DNA from: Malacoraja senta
Lineage: Eukaryota
Direction of reading: 5' to 3'
NCBI GenBank assembly: GCA_038087875.1
Contig: CM075992.1
Location: 12,588,001 to 12,652,000, forward strand
Length of the DNA: 64,000 nt
Shown one piece after another: positions 50,521 through 60,718 of the stretch (position 1 is the first letter of the stretch; each line of letters opens with the position of its first letter). Position numbers and translations under genes: made by a program. Below the pieces are notes generated by a model. It worked only from the letters and a program-made list of their open reading frames with translations, was not told the DNA's origin and ran no database searches.

Positions 50521-52929
50521 AAGAATCGTAACCTTCCCCCTATTTGTGAGTGTGAAACATTTGTTGTGTTTCTTACCAGACCAAGCCCCCGAACCTCAGG
50601 GTTTGCCACCGGCAGTTGTTGTCCCCTTCTAGTAGGCACATTGTAACCTCCACGTATCCTCGGTGCAGCACGTCAACGTGTATACGAGAATGATAGGATT
50701 GTTCCTTCTCCAGCACCACATTTCGCCTGTAGGGATACTGCCTTCTCACCGCTCTGCTCAGCATAGGTGATCCTTTAGTTTCTTTGCTAGATTTTCTCCA
50801 AAACAGATTTAGGCATTTGTATATTGCATGGTTTGCAGAGCCTGCATACTTAGGATGAATATTTGGTCTTATTGCATTTTTATGAATACAATTTATTTCA
50901 AAGTGCACACTACACATGAGTGCTACATTTTGTTGTGAATATGATATATAACCTTCATCCAAACCACTGACCCCAGAAATTTCAGCACTTGTGTGATTTC
51001 AATTCTTGTGAGCGTAAACCACTGCTCAAATTACCCATATCAAGTTTATTCACTGCTGTAACTGTTACAATTTCCCGGGTCTCATATTTTTTGATAGTCT
51101 CATCCATGGTTAATTCCTGGGCTGATGGGAGAGTAGATAATTTATAGTCATAGCTATTTCCTCTCTCAAAGGTTCCCCTGTTACTCTGGGAACAGCAAAG
51201 TTTTGTGCCAGCCTTGGAACATTTTTGGCTCTGATAATGGGCTCTGGTCCTCATTTAAATCATCATCTAAATCTAGATATTCATTTTTATGTTGGGTAAT
51301 TTCTGGCTCCCCTGTTTCAGGTAAGTCTCTGCCAGATTCCCCCTGCGCGGGCTCTCTTGTAGGCCCACGGACAGGCAGCCCTGCTTCAGGTGCTGCTGGC
51401 GCTGGCTCAATTCTAGGCCAACGCTTCATTATTTTTACTCTTTATATTTGTTGGTGCTGGCACATTTATCATTGCACGTTTGTGCTGCCTTTTGTTCAGG
51501 CATTTCTAGTACTGGCTCTCCAATAGGCCAACACATAACTTGCCTTTTTTCTGGCATTTTTGGGCACTGGCTCTCCTGTAGGCCAACCTCTTTAATGTTT
51601 CTGCACAGGCACTGATGGCTCTCCTGTAGGCCACCCTTGTGCCTGTTCCAAGGCACCTCCTGTGCTATACTTCATTGGCCAACACCGACTTAAATCCTCC
51701 TGTGGGGGTTCTTTACAAATCATCTGCCCCATAAGGAGTTAAAACGTTTTTGACCCTTGCAGTGTAATACTCTTTCCTGCCTGAGGAGGGCATACCTGCG
51801 GGTCTGACTCATCCGAGTCTACAGGTCGGGCCTTTTTTTTTTTTTTTTTTTTTTTTTTTCTCAGCCTTGCGCCCGCCCGCGGCGGTTTAACGCACATTCG
51901 ACCACAACGGGAGCTAATGGCTTCGCTGCCACTGACTCCCCTGACTGACGCCCGCTACCCTTAGGATCTGGGGTTTTACTACGGTGCGTCCCTTGCCTCT
52001 CGTTCCCATTTCTCTATAATAAACTTGTGTGGAGCTCCACCAACAAGTCTAAACGGGAAGGAAACGCTCCTGTAAGTGAAAAGTAACTCCACTTACCTTC
52101 CGACTTTTGTATTACTTTTGTTTTACTCACCGGCTGGAGGAGCTCCTGCTCCTCCACACACGGTCATGAACGCTATGCGTCTGATCGATAATGACGCGTG
52201 TGCGGCTGGACGGGGCTTCTTCACGTAGTCACTCACGTGACTCCGAAGTAAAATGGAATGTTGGCCTTCATAACAAGAGGATTTCAGTATAGGAGTAGAG
52301 AGGTTCTTCTGCAGTTGTATAGGGCTCTGGTGAGACCAGATCAGGAGTATTGTGTACAGTTTTGGTCTCCTAATTTGAGGAAGGACATCCTTGTGATTGA
52401 GGAAGTGCAGCGTAGGTTCACAAGATTGATCCCTGCGATGGCGTGACTGTCATATGTGGAAAGATTGAAAAGACTAGGCTTGTGTTCACTGGAGTTTAGA
52501 AAGCCTTGCGGCCTTATCCAGGACCCTCTCCGTGCCTTCTAAATGCAGTTATAGTACTGCCTATTCTGACAGTTCATACAATATAACCACCACTTTCTGT
52601 GATAAAATTGCCCCTAAGGTTTGTATTAAATCTTGCCCCTCTCGCATTAAATGTGTTCCTTTCTTGATCTTGATAAAAACTGTGAATTCACCCTATCAAT
52701 TCCCCTCATAATTTTATACATAATTTGATCTCTAGAAGATCAACCTCGCCAGCCTGTGCTCCAAGGAATAAAGTCCTAGCCTGACAACCTCTTGCTATCA
52801 TCTCACCCCACTCAGGTTCTAGCAAAACCCTCGCAAATCTTCTCTGCACTCTTTCCAGCTGAGTGACCTCCTTCCTAGAGCAGGGTGACCAAAACTGTAA
52901 ACGTTCATTATATATTCTATGTTATCCCA

Positions 52930-53143
52930 TTTGTGCATCCACTCCCTACACACTAAGGGCAAATTTACAGCGGCCAAATAACCAACATGTCTTTGGGTAG
53001 GGGAGAAAAGTGGAGCACCCGGAGGAAACCCATGCAGTCACAGGAAGAACATCCAAATTTCACACAGACAGCACCTGAGGTCAGGATCGAACCCGGGTCT
53101 CTGGCACTGAGGCAGCGGCTCTACCCGCTTCACTGCTGTGCCT
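52930..53143 (-). mobile_element. tRNA-derived SINE (V-SINE/HE1-like)
   Basis: B box GGGTTCGATCC and CTGTGTGAAATTTGGATGTTCT core. Confidence 0.75.
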
Positions 53144-53626
53144 CCCTGGTCATTGTTTTTTCTTTTACCAGGGATCTGCAGCATGTTCTCTGAAACCCAC
53201 AATGTCACATTGTCCTGTGGCTGTTGGAGTAAGGGGATCACTCCATTCACACACTACCCTACAATTGTACACAAGTCTGCACTCACCCACCCAAATCCCA
53301 ATGAACCTGACCAATGCTCCACTCATTGGCCCGGCCATGGCCCACACCGACTAGATCAGGTTACACTGTCGTGCTACACAGCATCACCACCCATTCCCCA
53401 CACATTAGCCCATACACTGCCTCACACACACCCACATACAAACCTGCATCATTGGCCATATATCCAAATATTCAACCTCCAACTCGGGCAGTCACTGCAC
53501 CCACAAACCCGCACACCAAGACACTCGCTCTCCTCACCCTTTGCCTCCATCTATCCCCTCAGACAGCCCCAGGTGCAGTGATGGTCTGTGTTGGCTCTCG
53601 TGGTGTTGCCTGCTGTGCCATGGTGG

Positions 53627-54930
53627 GTACACAAAAATGCTGGAGAAACTCAGCGGGTGCAGCAGCATCTATGGAGCGAAGGAAATAGGTAACGTTTCGG
53701 GCCGAAACCCTTCTTCAGACTGATAGGGGGTGCGGAGAAGAAAGGAAAAAAGGAAAAATGCGGAGGAGGAGCCCGAGGGCTGGGGGAGGGGAGGAGACAA
53801 CCAGATGGCTGATGAAGGGGAGGGGACAGCAAGGGCTAGCAGAATTGGGAGAATTCAATGTTCAAGCCCCCAGGATGTGGACTGCCCAAGCGGAATCTGA
53901 GGTGCATTTCATCCAATTTACGGTGTTGCTCGCTGTGGCCATGGAGGAGACCCAGGACAGAGAGGTCAGATACGGAATGGGAGGGGGAGTTGAAGTGCTG
54001 TGCCACCGGGAGGTCAGGTTGGTTATTGCGGACCGACCGGAGGTGTTCGGCGAAACGATCGCCAAGCCTCCGCTTGGTCTCACCGATGTAGATCAGCTGG
54101 CATCTAGAGCAGCGGATGCAATAGATGAGGTTGGCGGAGATGCAGGTGAACCTCTGTCGCACCTGGAACGACTGCTTGGGTCCTTGAATGGAGTAGCGGG
54201 GGGAGGTGCAGGGACAAGTGTTGCATCTCTTGCGGTTGCACGGGAAAGTACCAGGGGAGGGGGTGGTATGGGAGGGAAGGGAAGAATTGACAAGGGAGTT
54301 ACGGAGGGAGCGGTCTTAGCGGAAGGCAGACATGGGGGAGATGGGAAGATGTGGCGAGTGGTGGGGTCACGTTGGAGGTGGCGAAACTGACGGAGGATCA
54401 CTTGTTGTATGTGACGGCTGGTGGGGTGAAAGGTGAGGACAAGGGGGACTCTGCCCTTGTTGTGAGTGGGGGGATGCGGAGAGAGAGCAGTGTTGCGGGG
54501 TATGGCAGAGACCCTGGTGCGAGCCTCATCTATGGTGGAGGAGGGGAACCCCCGTTCCCTGAAGAATGAGGACATTTCAGATGCCCTGGTGTGGAACGCC
54601 TCATCCTGGGAGCAGATGCGGCGTAGACGGAGTAATTGGGAGTGGGGGATGGAGTCCTTACAGGAAGCAGGGTGGGAAGAAGTGTAGTCCAGATAGCCAT
54701 GGGAGTCGGTAGGTTTGTAGTGGATGTCGGTAAGGAGTCTATCACCTGTGATGGAGATAGTGAGGTCAAGGAATGGTAGGGAAGTGTCGGAAATGGTCCA
54801 GGTGTATTTGAGTGCCGGATGGAAGTTAGTGGTGAAGTGGATGAAGTCAGTCAGTTGTGTGTGGGTGCAGGATGTGGCACCAAAACAATCATCGATGTAG
54901 CGGAGGTAGAGGTCGGGGATGGGGCCCTGG
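53627..54930 (-). mobile_element. Penelope-like element (RT C-terminus, GIY-YIG, pLTR end with hammerhead core)
   Basis: RYIDD, NLIYCIRCSRC...YIGETKRRL...VAQHFN...GLNIEF. Close to 10526-11430. Confidence 0.93.
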
Positions 54931-57331
54931 TACGCATTGGTGGGGGTTGGCAGGACTGATGTGCTGGTGTCCTGCTCGTGAGAACATTAGTTCTCTGCTG
55001 CCTCAGCCAAAGCCAGCAGGTGCCCTGGCCCCGACAAGCTGCCACGTGGTTAGTTTCTGATCTCGATGTCTTGTCTGCTTCCTAACAGGGCCTGAGAAGC
55101 GTTCATGTGACGGGAATGTGATTGAAAGCACGAGAGCCCTGCAGAGCTGGCTACAGCTGCTTCTAAAGCGAGACACAGAGCACAAGAGCAACAGTGCCCT
55201 GACTATCTTTGTTTGGGACTGTAACTCGCCTCTCCACTGGGACTGCCCCATTGCTGCTGCCACCCTCTCCCCATTCTTACCTCCATCGCTCTGCTTCAAT
55301 TTGCTACAAACTTCGGAAGAAAGAGGCAAGAAGTTGCAGCTGAGAGTTGAGCTGCTTCAGCTCTCTGCTTCTATTGAGCATGTACATAGCAGGAGTTCAT
55401 AGCTTCTACATTGTTGAACAGACTGTCCAATAATAAGCATGGTAGCATCTAGCCTGGATTCTGGGGAACGGAAGAGTTGCCTTTCACTTCAAGCACCTCC
55501 CTGGGCAGATGGGATGATGTCCGTCTGGCTTTAAGGTTGCTTGATATGGTGATCCTCTAATTGTTGGCTATTGGACAGTGGTTGGCAAGGTGACAAACCA
55601 GGATTCAGCCATCGGAAGGTGAGCACGGGCAGCACAGATCAATGAGTGCTCGTGAGTTTGGAAGGAGTTTGCTTGGGGTCCAACATGGGCTGGGTGGATG
55701 TCTAGCAGGTTTAGAGTTGAGTTAGTGTTCAATGCATCCAATGACTGCCCTGCCCTTGGCTAGATGTGGCCCTGGAGCTCAGCTAGCGTTCGTAAGCTGG
55801 CAGAGGGTGCAAGTCCCAGACTGGCTTTTGCCTGCTGTTGGGTTGGTGACACAATATGATGAGAAGAGTGCATGTGAGCTGCAAAGCCATTCCCCATCGC
55901 CGCCCATCATTATTTGGAGCTTTTCAAGAGCCAACAAAAAGCAGGTTGTAAATGCCACTGACAACCACATCTCCTGATTGGTTCGGGACATGTGAGACAC
56001 AGATGAGCTTCTCTCTCTAGGCAGTGTCGAGGGTGAAAGGCCAAAGGGTAAGAAAGCTTGAACAGGATACACCTGTCACCAGGTGAGATGTCAGAGTCTG
56101 GCCCAGGCCGCTGCTCAGCCCCGAGTCAGGCCCAGTGCAAGTTCCTCAGCAGATAATCACCACGAGGCAGCCTTCACATGGGACCCCATCTCCTCCCGGT
56201 TCACTCCAGCCCCTCGGCACCAGCTAATTGCCGTCACCATTGAGTGATACCCACCACCATCTCACCACCACATTATCTGTGTGGAGTGGTTCATGGATGG
56301 ACCTCCCATTGTCACCCTCTCAAAGACAGTGTGGGATGGAACACTCAACCCTGCCTTTGCCTGAGGCTGATGAATGAAAATGCAGCCAGTGCTGAGCACG
56401 GCTGTGGTTCCCAGTGCCCCGGGTTTGCCCTGTAACTGCCGCAGGTGAGACAAAGGAGGTTTCACCGGCTCATACGGAGGAAGCAGGAAGGGCAAGCTGG
56501 TTACACCTTGTTACTGTACTGATACATGGAAATGCAATATTTTTTTTAAATGCCAGGCCTTTATTGAATAAAAGTATCATCCTGATCTGTGGGTCTTGTT
56601 AATATGTTCACATTCCTCATATTAATAATTATTTCTCATAACTTGTAAGAAGGTGTGGTCTAGACATGAAATATTCAAAGCGTTACTGAGCAAGGGCGGT
56701 TTAGACCAAATGTGCCTTTGAAATCCTTGGTTACGGGAAGGCAGGAGAATGGGGATGAACGAGAAAAATTGATCAGTCATGATTGAATGACAGAGTAGAG
56801 TAGATGGGCTGAATGGCCTAATTCCTCTCCAATGTCTTATGCCCTGGGGAACAAGAAGTCATTCCTAAAACCCAGGACTGAGATTCCTTCCTGCACTTGG
56901 CCACATGCATCAATTGGTCAGATCTTGCTAGAACATTTGTGGTTGGTAAACACTGTCTACACCACCGTCTACAGAATGCTGACTGTCTACACCAGTGTAC
57001 ACCTGTCTACAGTTAGTGCCCACTGCCTTGCTAGTGAGGGAGTGCAGCGTAGGTTCACAAGGTTAATTCCCGGGATGGCGGGACTGTCATATGCTGAGAG
57101 AATGAAGCGGCTGGGCTTGTCTATATTACTAAAAGTCTGATCGTGACCGCTTTTGACTAACTGTGCTACGATTTCTTAGAGAACGCCGCCACCTACGGCC
57201 GTCATTTTTGGCCACCTCGCTCAGAGCCCCCCTCCGCCTTCCGGGACCGAATTTTTCCCATCAATGAAAAATCTGAGAGATATTTATGTTTTTTTTTTAA
57301 ATCACCGTTCTCTCTGCTGCCCCCGCTGGCG

Positions 57332-57461
57332 GCAGGGGGGAGGGACTATAAAACCCGGAAGTGTAGTGTCTCACTCAGTCTCTGCCAGACCCAGGAAGCG
57401 AGAGGGTCATGGCTCTCTGAGCTGCGAATAACACTGAACGCACATCTACTCCACGGTGAGT
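57332..57461 (+). promoter_or_regulatory. Putative Pol II core promoter, first exon and splice donor inside the Helitron
   Basis: G-box, TATAAAA 57347, ETS CCGGAAGT 57355, Inr-like TCAGT with its A at 57377 (+30 from TATA), donor GTGAGT 57456. Confidence 0.55.
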
Positions 57462-57481
57462 CCCCTCGATGCGGCCATAAA

Positions 57482-58086
57482 GTAGCTGCTGCCCAATTGT
57501 TTGCCTCGCCTTTTAAAAAAGTTTGTGTTCACAAAATGAATTTTGGTTGTTAGGTGGCTGCTGCCCAATTGTTTGCTTCGCCTTTTTAAAAGGTTTATGT
57601 TCACAAAATGAATTTTGATTGTCAGGTGCCTGCTGCCCTATTGTTTGCCTCGCCTTTTAAAAAATGTTTGTGTTCACAAAATGAAATTTGGTTGTCAGGT
57701 GGCTGATGCCCAATTGTTTGCCTCGCTTTAAAAAAAGTTTGTGTTCACAAAATGAATTTTGGTTGTCAGGTGGCTGCTGCCCAATTGTTTGCCTTGCCTT
57801 TTACAAAAGTTTGTGTTCACAAAATGAATTTTGGTTGTCAGGTGGCTGCTGCCCAATTGTTTGCTTCGCCTTTTTAAAAAGTTTATGTTCACAAAATGAA
57901 TTTTGATTGTCAGGTGCCTGCTGCCCTATTGTTTGCCTCGCCTTTTAAAAAATGTTTGTGTTCACAAAATGAAATTTGGTTGTCAGGTGGCTGCTGCCCA
58001 ATTGTTTGCCTTGCCTTTTACAAAAGTTTGTGTTCACAAAATGAATTTTGGTTGTCAGGTGGCTGCTGCCCAACTGTTTGCCTCGG
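57482..58086 (+). repeat. About 72-bp tandem array, 8 full units plus a partial
   Basis: Unit GTGGCTGCTGCCCAATTGTTTGCCTCGCCTTTTAAAAAAGTTTGTGTTCACAAAATGAATTTTGGTTGTCAG. Confidence 0.95.
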
Positions 58087-58499
58087 CTTGGTTTTTCAAA
58101 TCATTGCAACAGTTTTCGGACGGATAAAGCGTGAATAAACATTTTATTAGATCAGGACTGTGTTTAATTGCAAAATTGGCGCTCATTCCGTGACTTCTGC
58201 TTAGTGGCAAGATGGCGCCGATTACATCATTCCCGGTTAGCATCAAGATGGTGCTGACTGCGTCATTTCCAGTTCATGGCAAGATGGCACTGACTGCAGA
58301 AGGCATAGTGAAGACGTCGTTGAATAATTCAAGAGAGCTTACTGCTCTGTCTATGGTGAGTGTGTTTGTTGGACATTATTTAAAGCACGTTTTTGCTTCA
58401 GCAGCAGCCGCCTCTACAGGAGACTTTAAACGTTTGAATCATTCGGTTTACACACTGTATGTTCACCACGTTCTGAAGTTACTTGGCATTTTAGTATTG

Positions 58500-58543
58500 G
58501 TTGTGAGTCTGTGTGCGAGTCTGTGTGAGTGAGTCTGTCTGTG

Positions 58544-58575
<32 letters not shown>

Positions 58576-58725
58576 AGAGTGTCTGTGTGTGTATGTGTGT
58601 GTGTCTGAGAGTCTGTGTGTGTGTGTGTGTGTCTGAGAGTGTGTCTGTGTATGTGAGTGTGTCTGTGTGTGTGAGAGTCTGTGTGCGTGTGAGTGTCTGT
58701 GTGAGGTGGAGGGTGCGTGTGTGAT
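58500..58725 (+). repeat. Compound (TG)-rich microsatellite
   Basis: Direct reading. Confidence 0.9.
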
Positions 58726-59196
58726 CAACAAATAACAAATAGTACAAATAATATAGTCTTTCGTAGTTCAGAGCTTATTCGTTATGTTTAATAGCCTGAT
58801 GGCTGTCAGAAAGAGACTGTTCCTCAATGTGGATGTTACAGTTTTCAGCTTACAAAAGTCGGACGTGACTCCAAAAGTCGGGCATAAGTCAGTCAGTCCA
58901 CAAGCCGTGATTCAGTTTGTCAGTCCAGAGGCCATGAGTGAGTTTGTCAGTCCAGAGACCATGAGTTAGTCCCAAGGTAGTGAGTCCAGAGGCCATGAGT
59001 GGGTCACTCACTGCCGCCCCCCCCCCCCCACTGGCATCCCCTCCTCAAGATGCTGCCCTCCACCTGGCTATAGGATGCTCCCCCTCCTGAAGCTGCATCC
59101 ATCCCCCGCTGCAGGACACCCCCTCCCTCATCAGCCCACGAGAGCCCCCGCCTGAAGCTGTCACCCTCCCTTGTCTGCAGGATGTTTGCCACCCCC

Positions 59197-59334
59197 GGGG
59201 TGGAAGATTGCAACCTTCACGTGGTCCGTCCTGTTTCGACTAATGCAATCAACTCGACGTGCACAAACAGAAGATCAAATAGAACAAGTTGTCCTACAAC
59301 TTTAGGCTGTGCACACCACACGAAAGAAGAAGAA
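59197..59334 (+). mobile_element. 138-bp retroposon with (GAA)n tail, Vingi-like
   Basis: TSD GCCACCCCC at 59188-59196 and 59335-59343. Ends ACGAAAGAAGAAGAA. Confidence 0.6.
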
Positions 59335-60718
59335 GCCACCCCCACCCCACCCTGACAGCCCCCGCCTCAAAACATGTTTCGCACAAATTCTTCAGTGAGT
59401 CCAGAGGATTGAGAATTACAACAAATTACAACCGCTCAATCTCTCTATATTAAAATTGTCTATTTTTTTATCAACAGCAAATAGCAATCAAGAAGCAGTG
59501 AGCAGCAGACCACAACAAGAGACACAACAAGAAAGAACTTAATGATTCTCATCTTTAACATTTAATTTGTTCTTATAATTTAAGAGTAATTCACAATTTA
59601 AACTTTAATAAATCCTTTTTCCACTTTTCATGCCTGCATGTTCTTCATCACAATGGGAACCTAATAGGCAGGAATGGCTGCTCTGTGGGAGAGCCGCTAA
59701 GAGTGCATGGGGGGAGGTTGTAGGGAGATGGACTGAATGTGTGGGGCGGAGGGGAATGGCAAGGAGCAGAGTGGGGGGATGAAGGGTGGGGTGACTGAAT
59801 GAACTGCCAGTGTACCAGGCGTGAGTGACTGCACTGCCAGCCCACAAGCCGTGAGACAGTGAACTGCCAGCCCACCAGCCGTAAGTGACTGAACTGCCAG
59901 CCCAATAATCCATTCAGTCCACCCTCTCCCCCTTCTCTCTCACACAGTCTGTCACCTGTTTTGGGCAGAATTTCTGGCAGTTTCTCAGCTGCCAGCCTGG
60001 CAGGTTCGAGTGACTGTACGGCCAGGCCTCAGTGTCTGAGCTGCCAGCCCAAGAATCCATTTGGCCCACAATGTTTATACTAGCCCTCTGGAAACCAGTA
60101 CCTTCGGCCCACAACACCCGTACAAGCGCAACAGAAAGCCCCCCCCCCCCCACTGGCCAGCAATATTGGAATTGGTGGAGAGGTGGAATATTGCGTTGGT
60201 GACCAGCCCTCCCGTGTGATGCTGGGACCCAACGGGTCCCACTTAGTCTAGTATACTCTGGAGTTTAGAAGGATGAGAGCGGATCTTATTGAAATGTATA
60301 AGATTGTTAAGGGTTTGGTCACGCTAGAGGCAGGAAACAAGTTCCCGATGTTGGGGGAGTCCAGATCCAGGGGCCACAGTTTAGGAATAAGGGGTGCCAA
60401 TTAGAACGGAGACGAGGAAACACTTTTTCTCACAGAGAGTTGTGAGTCTGTGGAATTCTCTGCGTCAGAGGGCGGTGGAGGCCGGTTCTCTGGATAGTTT
60501 CAAGAGAGAGTTGGATAGGGCTCTTAAAGATATTGGAGTCAGGGGATACGGGGAGAAGGCAGGAACGGGGTACTGATTGGGGATGATCAGCCATGATCAC
60601 ACTGAATGGCGGTGCTGGCTCGAAGGGCTTAATGTCCTATTCCTGCACCTATTGTCTATTGTCTATTGTCTATTGCCTGTACTAAATCCCTCTATGATTA
60701 AAAAGTGCCTTGCAAATT

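Larger units (their letters stand above)
47274..52254 (-). mobile_element. Full-length degenerate DIRS1-type tyrosine-recombinase retrotransposon
   Basis: RT AYLDDILIV (about 50020-50041), RNase H (TDVS, NYLEL, DNTTAVAYINHMGG), methylase-like YAFPPF and YR (HSTRAASTS). Has ITRs and an ICR, and is inserted at AAT. Confidence 0.95.
44353..52500 (-). mobile_element. CR1 insertion with 5' inversion (3' end on minus 44353-44740; inverted ORF2 on plus 44765-47173 and 52255-52500)
   Basis: Tail ACATAGAA at 44353. The plus-strand ORF2 (YLNAQS, YRPP, SDH, FADD) ends at GAGTTTAGA, just upstream of where the minus part begins. Confidence 0.8.
57120..60251 (+). mobile_element. Non-autonomous Helitron
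   Basis: 5' TC (TCTATATTACTAAAAG), 3' CTAG, subterminal hairpin TGGGACCC-AAC-GGGTCCCA (60223-60241), no TSD. Confidence 0.9.
57035..60675 (+). mobile_element. CR1 3' end split by Helitron (57035-57119 and 60252-60675)
   Basis: CTGGGCTTG and TATACTCTGGAG rejoin into the consensus seen at 14840 and 28003. Confidence 0.9.

Noticed and set aside
53150..53260. Strong acceptor TTTTCTTTTACCAG (AG at 53170-53171) as a possible last GPCR exon
   Set aside because: No recognisable ADGRE tail in any frame. It cannot be supported without transcripts.
53758..54390. 210-aa plus-strand ORF (also 18050-18652 and 11737-12327)
   Set aside because: Antisense of Penelope, or read-through across TE junctions.
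54930..56830. Non-obvious region with several short ORFs
   Set aside because: No recognisable motifs or consistent exon chain. It may be an old TE, and is left unassigned.
57482..58086. CRISPR-like regular repeat
   Set aside because: Head-to-tail units with no unique spacers, no cas genes, and a eukaryotic context.
58426..58747. His/Thr-rich ORFs
   Set aside because: Translation of a (CA)n-rich microsatellite.
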